Source: Barthelona sp. PCE (lineage: Eukaryota). From it: a stretch of DNA of 64,000 nt. Shown here one piece after another: positions 31,664 to 41,888 of this stretch. Each line of letters begins with the position of its first letter. Positions within the stretch are counted from its first letter, which is position 1. Both the position numbers and the translations under genes were made by a program. The stretch lies in NCBI GenBank assembly GCA_040285745.1, contig JAUFOR010000001.1, positions 186,001 to 250,000 of the forward strand, in the 5' to 3' direction. Under the pieces are notes generated by a model. The model made no database searches and was not told the DNA's origin. It saw only the letters and a list, made by a program, of their open reading frames with translations.

Positions 31664-32386
31664 TTAAACAGTGATCGATCGGATAATCTTCTTAAACGAC
31701 TCAAAAAGAACAGGGTAATCACGAAGGATGTTGCTGGCAGAGACTATGGCTTCCTCCTTTGTGATGTTACCTTGATTAATTTCTCGAACAATTTGCAATA
31801 TTGTTGTGAACGAAGAATAACTTAACGCCTCTTTCATTTGCGCAAACACATCCTTTGCCTCTGGGACCATGGCTGGAGATTCTTCTGCATTAAATAAACG
31901 TCTTGATGGACTGGAAGGTTGTTCACGTGAAAATACAGATTCCCTCATTGTAGGAGAGATTGGAATCTCCATGGAAGGCCTACGGGTGGCCCTGTATGAC
32001 AACCCCAATGAATCAAAAGGGTCTTGTGTACGCCTTGGGGTGTTACCGGCATGCAAATCTTCATCATTAATGGAGTTGATAATGGTTCTCTTAAATGCAT
32101 AAAGCTTGTTGAGCTGTGACTGGCACTTGGACAGTTCACCATTGAGCTCAGCTTTTTCTTTGACGAGCATGGCCTGCTCTTCAACTAAAGATTGATTTCT
32201 ATCGCCCATTGCCTTAAGCTCTTTCTTAAGATTTGCGATCTCACGATTTAAAAGAACATTATGCTCCTCAGTTTTTGATAACTGTGAAGAAATTCGTGTG
32301 TTTTCATCTTTCAGCTCATCCTTTTGTCTCTGAAAGGCATCCTCGATTTTCCTGATTCCGTCTCTGAATGATTCCTGTACGTTCAT
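31664..32386 (-). CDS. Coiled-coil protein with At4g15545-like C-terminal helical domain
   Basis: KLYAFKRTIINSI and VFAQMKEALSYSSFTTILQIVREIN...YPVLFESFKKII resemble this family (recalled pattern, not searched). Confidence 0.7.
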   Translation of the reverse strand: MNVQESFRDGIRKIEDAFQRQKDELKDENTRISSQLSKTEEHNVLLNREIANLKKELKAMGDRNQSLVEEQAMLVKEKAELNGELSKCQSQLNKLYAFKRTIINSINDEDLHAGNTPRRTQDPFDSLGLSYRATRRPSMEIPISPTMRESVFSREQPSSPSRRLFNAEESPAMVPEAKDVFAQMKEALSYSSFTTILQIVREINQGNITKEEAIVSASNILRDYPVLFESFKKIIRSITV

Positions 32387-32583
32387 CTGTTATACAAGCA
32401 ATATTGTGATATTGGTGAAAAAACGGTTAACGATACTTCAAACGATATTGCAGGAAAGTTTGTGGGATAAGTATTAGGCAATAGCATCTTACATCGCGTT
32501 TCCGGCAGTGCGGTTATAATAAACTACTTGTAATCGCATTATCACCCTTTCACATAACTGCTTTTGTTATTTTACCTTAAAAT

Positions 32584-32898
32584 ATGAATAGCATCAAAAG
32601 ACTTCTTGACGAAGAGAAGGTGGCCATGGAAGCTGTTGCCGAGGCCAAACAACAACGAGCACAAAAATTACGTGAGGCACGTACAGAGGCTTTAGCCGAG
32701 ATTGAACACATTGAAGAGGAGAAAAAGCATGAACTCGAGGTGCTAAAGGAGCAAAGATTAGAAAAATTGGATAGCTTTTCTGAGCAACTACAATCAGATA
32801 CTGCAAAGCATATCGATGAGCTTTATGAGAGAGCTCAAGTGAACTTCGAAAAAGCTGTTCTCTATGCAGTCGATGATGTTATTAATGTTACGTTGTAG
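32584..32898 (+). CDS. VMA10: V-type proton ATPase subunit G
   Basis: IKRLLDEEKVAMEAVAEAKQQRAQKLREARTEALAEIE; typical size of 104 aa. Confidence 0.88.
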   Translation: MNSIKRLLDEEKVAMEAVAEAKQQRAQKLREARTEALAEIEHIEEEKKHELEVLKEQRLEKLDSFSEQLQSDTAKHIDELYERAQVNFEKAVLYAVDDVINVTL

Positions 32899-32973
32899 AT
32901 AGTAAATGCGTTTTGGCCTTTTTATTCCTTTTCAATTTTCCTGTTCAGTTTCTGGGGTTTTAATAAGAGATAA

Positions 32974-35751
32974 ATGTACTCAAACACTACACTTTTCCTC
33001 AATCCAAAATGGGAAGCACAATTAGTTGACCAACACCCTGATAAATTACTTTATTCATTTTTCGAATTGGTTTTTCAATCAACAGATGTCGAACTTTACA
33101 AGCAAATCACCAATCTCATCAGTCTTACTGATTTGGCCGACTTTTTTGCAAGTCAACACTTTGAAAGAGTTGCCTTCCATATAGAACATCATAATATGCG
33201 TTGTTTTAATCGTCTAAAGAGCTATAACCCTGTCCGCGAGTATCTGAAGCACAGTGTTGCAATTGTTGTTTCACGTTTTTTGATTCAACTAGAAGAATCT
33301 CGTTGGTATGGTATCTTTTCCAATATCATAGGTGGATACCAGAAGACTTTCATCATTGAGAAGCTCACTGTTCTTCCTATTATATCGTTTATGTTTACTA
33401 TTCGACATTTTGCACGTGCAATCAACGATGATGTGAAGATGCCAGAAGTTTTCGACGAAATAGGTCTTCCACACATTTCTGTTTACTACAGATTCTTGTC
33501 CACAGTCCACGGTCCTGATAACCTGGGCTACTTTGAAGACCGTCTGGATGCGAATCTTTTGCCTGATTATTTATTCCCAAGCAGATATAAATTAGAAGCT
33601 GAGTTGAAGCCCATTATTGACACCGTTATACCGGTGAAGGAGCCAGTCCTGGTCAAGAAGGGGGTAGCACTTTTTCCTGATCTGTTAGCAAATACTCCTT
33701 CCACGACTGCTGTGCCTATCATTGAACCTGATGTTGTTGTCAGTGAAGAAGAGCCCATCTATAAAAGTGCCTTGTTCAGCGAAGAAGAGCCCAGCTTTAA
33801 GAGTGTCTTGTTCAGCGAAGAAAAGCCCGACTTTAACACTGTCTTCTTCAGCGTCAGCGACAGCGATGAAGAAGATGAAGAAAAAGAAATTGCTGCTCCA
33901 TTGGTTCCTCCCATGTTGGCTCCGATGCTTATGCCATCTGATGGCACAAGCAGTATCAAAAGCAACCTCTTGGATGAGATCTTCTCTAAATCGAACGAGG
34001 AAAGCGACGTTGAGCCTACTTACGAACAACCGCTATGGATGTCTCTCGAGGTTAAACCCATCGTTGCGCAAATGCACACCCGCAACTTCAGCAAGATAAA
34101 GAAACGTATAAAGGGTTACGATGGTTACGATGTTTACATGAATATGAGACCGATCGAAATGTTCACGCTCGTGCTTTACTGTCTTTTTGGCAGCCCAGAC
34201 AACATCCCATCATTGAAGAACGTGGAGACAAAGAACTTCTTCAAGAAGAGAATGGCGAGGATCTTGCCTCCAAGATGCTCAAAAGATATTCTTTCTTTCC
34301 AGGATCAGGCGATCAGACAGACATGCAAGCGCTTCATGGATGAGGTTATTGGTTCTAATGTTTATGAGTTGGGCCATAAAATCGCAGACGCCATGTTCAA
34401 CGATGCTTGCCCCACGCACATGCTCGAACCATTCGCCGAGGTGTATTCCGCGTGCTTGGATGAGTACATCCTCCCCGAGTACGCGTGTTTTGAGCACTTC
34501 AGGAAAAATGGATTGGCTAATGCGGATTTCTTCCTGATTATCGGCTTTCCGAGACTTTCTTTCTTCTTGCAGTTTGAAATAGGTTTTTATATGGGTGAAG
34601 ATCTGCCTTTTAATCCTGTTTGGATGAATGGGGACCTGAACAGTCTCAACAAGGTTCCTACACCGCACAGAAACACCTACACAGAACCCACCATCGGACC
34701 TGTGAGTAGCGTTGAGCCTGCAAAGGTAATCACCGTTGCTGAACCAGTTGTAGAACAGGGAACCGTGCTTGAAAATAGAATCACAAACCTGCAGGCAACG
34801 ATCGAGCAGCTCGTCAACGTTCAGCAAACGTTCATGCAGAACATGACCGATGCGTTTTCCCAGCAAAACACCAATATTAACACATTCATTGACACCCGCC
34901 TTGATGAATTTTCCGAGCAAATTTTGGCTGTTTCCCAACCTGTAGCAAAGATTCAGCCCAAGCTTCCTGTTGTTTCAACTGTACCCCCGCCACCTGGTCT
35001 GAAGACCCACTTAAAGACGATGGAAGTTGACAAGGATCTGCAAAAGTTCAGCTTTGAGCCTGAGACAGATATTCACCTAGAGATTGAGACTGAGTACCCT
35101 GATTTGACAACGGTTAAGCAGCGCCCCTTTAACTGGGAGGCGTGTCTGGCGGAGGAATCTTACAAGCGCTTACCAGTGCATTTTGTTGATGATGCTGTCG
35201 AAGCTGCTAAGCTGAAACCTGTGCCCAAACGTCAGTACAAGTATGCTCTTTCTGTGATATGCACAGATATGGGTTTTACCCATGATACCCTCTCTGCGCT
35301 TTCAGACAATCTTGTTGATACCCTTTCAGAGATGATTTCAACATATCTTATTGCAACCAACCACATTGAATGCGCTGATTATTTGCTTGCAATAACCCGA
35401 GATATGTTAAGAGGAATATTGAAGAGGGCGAGGAAAGATCCTGAAAGACCGAAAGTTACATCATGGATCGAAGATATGATTGACTTCTGGAGCGAGAAGA
35501 GTTCAAGTGAAAATATGGTGGCTTTGACTGAAATGAAAAACAAACTGAAATCCAAAAATCTAGGTATCCCCGTGCACACCGTTGTAGTGCACACTGTTAA
35601 GAAGGTACTCCTCCAAGAGGCGATCAATCAAAACTCAATTGAAGATTTGATGAAAGAGTTTTTTTTTGTGAACAGTTTAACCAACAATCATTGGTTTTCA
35701 TTTATCTGGAATTGTGGACTCTGTAGTGATGATTACGAACTTCCTGCTTAG
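32974..35751 (+). CDS. Uncharacterised 925-aa modular protein with internal 12-aa repeats
   Basis: Long ORF; helical domains separated by Pro/acidic linkers. Confidence 0.8.
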   Translation: MYSNTTLFLNPKWEAQLVDQHPDKLLYSFFELVFQSTDVELYKQITNLISLTDLADFFASQHFERVAFHIEHHNMRCFNRLKSYNPVREYLKHSVAIVVSRFLIQLEESRWYGIFSNIIGGYQKTFIIEKLTVLPIISFMFTIRHFARAINDDVKMPEVFDEIGLPHISVYYRFLSTVHGPDNLGYFEDRLDANLLPDYLFPSRYKLEAELKPIIDTVIPVKEPVLVKKGVALFPDLLANTPSTTAVPIIEPDVVVSEEEPIYKSALFSEEEPSFKSVLFSEEKPDFNTVFFSVSDSDEEDEEKEIAAPLVPPMLAPMLMPSDGTSSIKSNLLDEIFSKSNEESDVEPTYEQPLWMSLEVKPIVAQMHTRNFSKIKKRIKGYDGYDVYMNMRPIEMFTLVLYCLFGSPDNIPSLKNVETKNFFKKRMARILPPRCSKDILSFQDQAIRQTCKRFMDEVIGSNVYELGHKIADAMFNDACPTHMLEPFAEVYSACLDEYILPEYACFEHFRKNGLANADFFLIIGFPRLSFFLQFEIGFYMGEDLPFNPVWMNGDLNSLNKVPTPHRNTYTEPTIGPVSSVEPAKVITVAEPVVEQGTVLENRITNLQATIEQLVNVQQTFMQNMTDAFSQQNTNINTFIDTRLDEFSEQILAVSQPVAKIQPKLPVVSTVPPPPGLKTHLKTMEVDKDLQKFSFEPETDIHLEIETEYPDLTTVKQRPFNWEACLAEESYKRLPVHFVDDAVEAAKLKPVPKRQYKYALSVICTDMGFTHDTLSALSDNLVDTLSEMISTYLIATNHIECADYLLAITRDMLRGILKRARKDPERPKVTSWIEDMIDFWSEKSSSENMVALTEMKNKLKSKNLGIPVHTVVVHTVKKVLLQEAINQNSIEDLMKEFFFVNSLTNNHWFSFIWNCGLCSDDYELPA
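33741..33848 (+). repeat. 36-bp coding tandem repeat x3
   Basis: SEEEPIYKSALF / SEEEPSFKSVLF / SEEKPDFNTVFF. Confidence 0.9.
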
Positions 35752-35810
35752 TATGCTTTTAAATAAATAAATGCTGTATTTGTCATATCAAACGAATAAA
35801 TCACTCTAGT

Positions 35811-37555
35811 TTACTTCTGGGCTTCCTCACGAGCGGGGAGTGTGACTGTTGTGTCAACACGAAGAACTGTAATAGCAGCTTCCGTGGCGTATTCAAGGTA
35901 CTTTGTCTTAGCAAGAGCAGGCTCGAGAACACCGCGGCTAAGGTTGTTAGTAACGGTGTCGTTGTCAAGATCGAGGCCAGCATAGCGGACTTCCTTCTTG
36001 GCACCTTCCTTTTGAGCCTCGGCCTGATAGGCAACAAGTTGTGCAGTAAGCTCCGTAGCATCAAGAGCAGCGTTAGAAGCTAGGGTCTTGGGGATGGTGA
36101 GGAGAGCCTCAGCAAAAGCAAGAACAGCGAGCTGCTCACGACCACTGATCTTGTTGGCCTCGTTCTCAAGGTATACGTGGAGGGCAGATTCAACAGATCC
36201 ACCACCAGCAACTACGCGATCAGAAGTGAGGGCACGACGGACAGCACATAGGGCATCGTGAATTGAGCGCTGGGCTTCATCCAGTGTCTGCTCGTTGGGA
36301 CCACGAAGGACAATGGAAGCGGATGTGGCGTGCTTGGTACCCTTGAAGAACATTACGTCCTTATCACCGAGCTTACGGCAAACAACCTCATCACATGTAC
36401 CGAGCTGAACAGAATCGAAACTCTCGTTTCCGATCTCATCGGCAAGAGTTGTGATGATAGAACCGCCGGTAGCCTTAGCAAGACGACGGAGATCGGGCTT
36501 GGCGACACGGCGAACAGCAATGCTGCCTGACTCGACGAAATACTTCATAGCAATCTCATCAATACCACCGGTTGTGAGGATAACGTTGGCACCAGAAGCG
36601 AGGATCATCTCAACGCGTTCCTTAAGGATGTTGATTTCACGCTGCCTGATACCCTCAAGCTTATCGGCATCAGAGACAAGAACCTGAATACCAATCTTCA
36701 ATCTGGCCTTCATGAGGGCAAAGTCGAGGAACGCAATCTTTGCATCATCGACGTAGCTGGGCATCTGGTCAGCGGCCTTACCACAGGGAAGGCAGTAGCC
36801 ATTGACAAGCTCAGACTCAGTGAGGGACTTACCGTGAATCTTGACGATACCGATATTTCTGATAGGGTAAGTGGTACCGAAGAAGTCAGAAGCAATCTTG
36901 ACAGACTCAATGGCGTTGACTACAATGTTACAAAAGAGAGCCTGAGAAGCACCAATAATCTTGGAAGAAAGAGTTGTGCGGGCAACGTTTGAGAGTGCCG
37001 CGGGACCAAGATCAGTAGTGTTCACAGCCAGTTGCTCGTTGACAAACGCAACAGCTAACTCAGAAGCCATTCTATAACCCTTGATAATAAAGGAAGGATG
37101 TAAACCCTGTTCCTGCAACCTACCGGCAACCTTAACCAGCTCACAAGCAACGAGAGTGGCGGATGTGGTTCCGTCACCAACTGCAGAATCCTGCTGCTCA
37201 GCTGTCTGCTGAATAGTCTGTGCAATGGGATGAACAAGACGAAGTGATTTCAGAATAAAAGCACCATCGTTGGACACTTCGATGTCACCCACCTCGTTAA
37301 TGAGCATTTTGTCGAGACCTCTGGGACCAAGAGTAGACTTGAGAATATTAAATATCGCGGATAACGCTTTGACTGAATGTTAGTAAGTGCGGTATGATGT
37401 ACGTACGCCCAGTAACCACTGAATAATGCTAGAATCACTGTTTTCCAACGTATTGAATTGATCCAATGCAAAAAATGGTGGAATACCAAAGTACCATGAA
37501 ACAAACTGTTATCATCACGAGCGGCCTTTCCTGATTTCCTTGCTGAGTGATTCAT
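35811..37555 (-). CDS. TCP1: T-complex protein 1 subunit alpha; two exons (37555-37507 and 37372-35811)
   Basis: SNDGAFIL, VGDGTTS, QRSIHDALC, VAGGGSVE. Splicing out 37506-37373 restores the in-frame N-terminus MNHSARKSGKAARDDNIKALSAIFNILKSTLGPRGLDKML. Confidence 0.95.
37373..37506 (-). other. Spliceosomal intron (134 nt, phase 1) in TCP1
   Basis: 5' GTTTGT; 3' TTACTAACATTCAG; removal restores a continuous reading frame from ATG 37555 into KSTLGPRGLDKM. Confidence 0.9.
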
Positions 37556-37965
37556 TGATGAATTTGAAAAGGTAGAAATTGAGATTACGATTACTACTCT
37601 TTTCACATTCACATCACCTTTTAAAACTACATTTCTGATGAATATGACTTGTAATAATCGCATAAAATGTGCAATTCTTGGGCGCGCTTCATTTTCTTAG
37701 GGTTTGTTTATGCAGGATACACATATTGTAGGTTTGTTGCCAATATACTATGAGATCATCACTTATGTCTTCTGTAAATGCTGCTTTTGGTTCTAAATGC
37801 AAATATATCGATTGTTTAGGCTACTTCCGATAATTTTTCCTTCCAAAAGTTGTTTTGTGTTTTATTTTACTTTATTACAGCTTTCAGCAACGTGAAGGTA
37901 ACGATTCAGACGAGCAAATTTGCTTTTGATCTGGACTTTGCTTTTATCTTTCTATCCTCTTTTTT

Positions 37966-39780
37966 ATGAGCAAAAGTTCCATTAATGCACGTAAAACAAC
38001 GAATATAGCACACCAAATGCCAAATAACGTTCCAAAATGTTCATTTAGAGAAACTGAATTTGGGCTGTCCCAATGTGACGATCGCACTTGGAAAATAACA
38101 TCATTATCGGGGAATACCGGACTATCTACACATGCCCAACTCGACCCTGAGATCTCTTCGCTGATCAGCGATACTTTGCCTGGCAAAGCCTTTATGGCGT
38201 GCAGCAGTGTGTACGGTGCACTTGGAGTTGTCAGTAGCAACAGCAGGGATGGTGTGTGCGAGACACATTATCGTACATTCAAGCACGATGATGATGGTAT
38301 TCAGATACTGAATCAAGTCGTTGTTCCGGAGGTGCACACACATATCAGTGTTTTTGACAGAGCTATGGGTGCCATTACGACCAATCAGAGCGTTTTTACG
38401 ACATACATGATTCTTAAAAATGGCTCACTTGTAGACAAAACCAAACACAACCTCCCATTTCCAATTACAAATTTTGTCATGTGTCCACACAACTGGGTGA
38501 TTGTAACCAAACAAATACACTTAAACGATTCTGCTGTGGGGTTGTTCAACTTGGAATCAGAAGAGCAGGCTTTGCTGCCTTATATAGTTACTTCGCTTGA
38601 TGTATCCATAACTGTTAACAACAGCTTCACATTTGAAGCAGCTAATGCTGTGGATCGTAGTGAAAATGTGTTCATTTCTCTTTTATTTCCAAGCTCAGAA
38701 CTCTACACATTAAGCATGTCGAATATTGAGATTGACAACACAATTCAAAAATCCATGAATAAGACTGCCAAACCTGGTGGTATAACTGCTCCTGCGAATA
38801 CTGAAGATTGTGAAATACTTCATGTGATTGATATATCTGCTCCTGTGTTCCAATCTGCTCCCGTGTATGTTGCTCCCAAACCGCAACCAATACCAAAGCG
38901 GCCTGAGAGAGAAGTTCCCATGGGTAAGAGAGAAATTGAGGTTGATAAAGTTCTTCATAGAGCCAAAGGTATTTCTTTATTGGTCGAATCTGGAATGTTG
39001 AATATTAAATATGGTAAATATGGTTACCATAGAACTCGAACTGAACTGTGTTACAACAGTAATTTCCAGTACCTATTTAGCGGTGGAAGTGATGGTGCTG
39101 TGATATGTGAGTATTGTGGTACATCTGGCACTCTGTTTTTTTTCAAAAACACAACAAGTACTATGTTATTTTCTCATTATTTTGAGTATAATGTCGCTGA
39201 TGAATTACCTTCTGATGATTTTGATGGTGTGATGATTAATGGGCACGGTAAGTATTGTGTGCTGTGCTTCTCTTTCAAAACTATTAGTGTAATCTTAGTG
39301 ATAAATACTGTTAATGAACTAATTTATTCTGAATGTTCTGAACGTTTAAAAAATGTTTACATCAACAAAGAGTTTCTTGTAGCTGAGTACATAAATTGTA
39401 TTGTTTATTCAGTGATCACTGATGATGGATTGAGTGAAAAGAAGCGGTTAGTAATTTCAGCATCTTTTAATGAATTACGACCTTTTCATGACTGGATTGT
39501 GTTTAAGAGCTTAGATTGGGCACGTGCATATAATATATCACAGAAGAAAATGTTCAAAATTAGTCTTAAAGGTTGCAGAGAAATTCTAGATAATTTTAGC
39601 TTTGATCCAAAAGATAACCGTATGCAGCAAATTATTGGTAGTCCTAAAAATATCACTAATAATTATAGTACTATAAGTTATATTAATCGTAAAAGTGATG
39701 AAGATCCAGAAATTTGTAAGTTACTGATGATAATCATTTGCATTTTTTTTATAATGATTTGTATATTATTGACTTTATGA
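37966..39780 (+). CDS. Uncharacterised beta-rich protein with C-terminal transmembrane anchor
   Basis: 604-aa ORF ending LLMIIICIFFIMICILLTL; Pro-rich linker between two beta-rich halves. Confidence 0.75.
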   Translation: MSKSSINARKTTNIAHQMPNNVPKCSFRETEFGLSQCDDRTWKITSLSGNTGLSTHAQLDPEISSLISDTLPGKAFMACSSVYGALGVVSSNSRDGVCETHYRTFKHDDDGIQILNQVVVPEVHTHISVFDRAMGAITTNQSVFTTYMILKNGSLVDKTKHNLPFPITNFVMCPHNWVIVTKQIHLNDSAVGLFNLESEEQALLPYIVTSLDVSITVNNSFTFEAANAVDRSENVFISLLFPSSELYTLSMSNIEIDNTIQKSMNKTAKPGGITAPANTEDCEILHVIDISAPVFQSAPVYVAPKPQPIPKRPEREVPMGKREIEVDKVLHRAKGISLLVESGMLNIKYGKYGYHRTRTELCYNSNFQYLFSGGSDGAVICEYCGTSGTLFFFKNTTSTMLFSHYFEYNVADELPSDDFDGVMINGHGKYCVLCFSFKTISVILVINTVNELIYSECSERLKNVYINKEFLVAEYINCIVYSVITDDGLSEKKRLVISASFNELRPFHDWIVFKSLDWARAYNISQKKMFKISLKGCREILDNFSFDPKDNRMQQIIGSPKNITNNYSTISYINRKSDEDPEICKLLMIIICIFFIMICILLTL

Positions 39781-39784
39781 TATT

Positions 39785-39872
39785 CTTCTCGAGACTCATC
39801 CACGTTAGTCAGTGGGCAGTAAGAATGAAAGTAAATAGAATTTTTGCAGAGTAACGTTCTATTTCCATTCTC
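39785..39872 (+). repeat. Non-coding module B, copy 2 (right after the 37966-39780 stop)
   Basis: GAGACTCATCCACGTTA...GAAAGTAAAT...GCAGAG...ACGTTCTATTTCCATTCTC aligns with 41893-41948 and 42101-42118. Confidence 0.75.
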
Positions 39873-39877
39873 GGCGT

Positions 39878-40120
39878 CAGTCTTTTTGTGCTTATGGGTA
39901 TAAAACTGTTGAAATGAGTGAGAGTAACTTCTTAATGTAAGCAGAGTTCATCAAACACGACAATCTTTTCTTTCATCTTAAAAATCTGCCTTGAGCCTAA
40001 TATACACCCATCTGTGAAGGCAAACCTCCACGGGTGAGCGTTCCTGATGCACATCAATAAATCTACTTCAAGGGCAAACCTTGTTTAAATTTTTTACCTT
40101 TATCCATTTTATACAGCACA
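39878..40120 (+). repeat. Non-coding module A, copy 2 (upstream of copine 2)
   Basis: Highly similar to 1021-1260, including identical CAAACCTCCACGGGTGAGCGTTCCTGATGCACATCAATAAATCTACTTCAAGG. Confidence 0.9.
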
Positions 40121-40129
40121 TTGCGTCGC

Positions 40130-41347
40130 ATGGAGCATCAATTCATTCAGTTTTTGAGAATATTTGCCTTTATCCCTAATTCTCCCACCATTCATCTCAC
40201 TGAAATCATTAATGGACGACGTGAAGAGAAAGGTAATTGCCCTGTCGGATGCCTATTGACTATGGTCTATCATGCAGATGCAAGCCATCAGCTGATCATT
40301 AACAGAACAACCACAGTCGACGTCAATAACCTTCTAGGTGGTAATTTCGTTGACCAGGCCACAGGACTTGTTGTAGGTGCAGAATTTAAGAGTCCCAACG
40401 TGGATATGCTGTCTTTTACAACCAGAGAGCCTCTAGATTTCGTGCGTTCGGTTAACGGAAGCGTTCCCATGCTCGTCTTCCGTGCCAGTCCTGGCCAGCA
40501 GTACAAGGTTCACTCGGATATGCTTTTTGGCCCCGATGCCAGCTCAGCAGGTGGTGTTCAGACTACCATCTATCGTATTAGCAACCCCACAGCCCAGCCT
40601 GTTGTCGCTGACTTGTACGGTCTTCTTGATCGAACAGATATATTCTCTCAAATCGAGCAACACATCAGAAAGAACATTGACGAGGTACTTAATGAAATGC
40701 ATGTTGAAGTAAGCGTCGCCATCGACTTCACCGCCAGTAATGGAAACCCTACACAGCCTGGCACACTGCATTTTGGAGAACAAAACGATTATACAAATGC
40801 GCTCCAGGCCCTATCTGTTTTTGAACCGTATGATCTCGATAAGAGAATTCAAATGTACGGTTTTGGTGCTCTTATGGCTGGTTTAAGAGGCGTACAGCAC
40901 GTTTTTAAGCTTCACCAAGAACCAGAAGGTGTGCCTTTCGATCAACTGGTCCCTACTTACCTTGCCAAGAAGATGAATTTGCGCTATAGCGGACCCACGT
41001 TGCTTGCACCTGTGATCAACGCATTCTGTGCGACAATGGATACTTCTAAATACAATATCTTAGTTATCCTCTTAGACGGACAGATCAACGATGTCGAACG
41101 TGTGCTCCAAACTGTACAGACACACATCAACAAGCCATTCAGCATTGTCCTGGTTGGAATTGGCAAGGCTGACTTCTCTGCAATGCACACACTGGATGGA
41201 GATGGTGATAAACGCGTATTAACGAGAGATGTGATACAATTCGTCGAAATGAATGTCTTTGCTAATCAATCATACGCCATCACAAACGAGTTCTTTGAGG
41301 AATTACCTTCCCAGTGTGAGGAATGGTATTCTACTTATAGAAGCTAG
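40130..41347 (+). CDS. Copine-family protein, paralog 2
   Basis: Same copine motifs; clear paralog of 1270-2496; first ATG at 40130. Confidence 0.92.
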   Translation: MEHQFIQFLRIFAFIPNSPTIHLTEIINGRREEKGNCPVGCLLTMVYHADASHQLIINRTTTVDVNNLLGGNFVDQATGLVVGAEFKSPNVDMLSFTTREPLDFVRSVNGSVPMLVFRASPGQQYKVHSDMLFGPDASSAGGVQTTIYRISNPTAQPVVADLYGLLDRTDIFSQIEQHIRKNIDEVLNEMHVEVSVAIDFTASNGNPTQPGTLHFGEQNDYTNALQALSVFEPYDLDKRIQMYGFGALMAGLRGVQHVFKLHQEPEGVPFDQLVPTYLAKKMNLRYSGPTLLAPVINAFCATMDTSKYNILVILLDGQINDVERVLQTVQTHINKPFSIVLVGIGKADFSAMHTLDGDGDKRVLTRDVIQFVEMNVFANQSYAITNEFFEELPSQCEEWYSTYRS

Positions 41348-41625
41348 ATACAGAAAACAAATTTTTTGTGTAACTGTGTTTGTGCTGATAATTTTTTGTT
41401 TTCAATGTCTAAATAAATTTATTCACAATCATCTCACGTGTGTGTGATATGTGTAAATTTCTTATTTTCTGTAACTTTCATACAATTTCTATATATTTAA
41501 ATATTTTCATTACTTGAAGTAATTTAATGAACGAATCATCATCTTCAGTGATGAAAAATTGTCTTTCAACGAACCTCAAAAAATGATAGGAAATCAAAAA
41601 AGTCAATTATCTTTGATGATATCCA

Positions 41626-41875
41626 ACGGTGACATATAGGCGCTAGCCTTCAGACTTTATACTTGGATAGTAAACAGCGGAGGAGGAAGAAGCAAACCTT
41701 CTTGTGTGAATGGTGTTCCTGGAACCCCACATTGATTTATCTTCCCTTTTTAAAAAATGGTATTGAGGGCTAATTCCAGGACGAAACACACTCCACGTGT
41801 GAAGGTGAGCCTTCCCGTGTGAGCGTTCTCGACGTTAATAAACCTACTTCAGCATAAACATCACCCTGCTTAAAA
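41626..41875 (+). repeat. Non-coding module A, diverged copy 3 (no gene follows)
   Basis: ACGGTGACA...AGG...CTTCAGACTTTAT...TGTGAAGG...GTGAGCGTT...AATAAACCTACTTCA in the same order as copy 1. Confidence 0.7.
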
Positions 41876-41888
41876 TATATTGATTTTC

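Noticed and set aside
33741-33848. 36-bp repeats as a possible CRISPR array
   Set aside because: Head-to-tail in-frame coding repeats with no spacers, in a eukaryotic gene.
37250-37663. 137-aa minus-strand ORF upstream of the CCT ORF
   Set aside because: It is TCP1 exon 1 read through the unspliced intron, not a separate gene.
41650-41700. AGACTTTATACTT...GAGGAAGA resembling U3 snoRNA boxes
   Set aside because: Box A and terminal C/D boxes not found, and the motifs are not conserved in the other module A copies.
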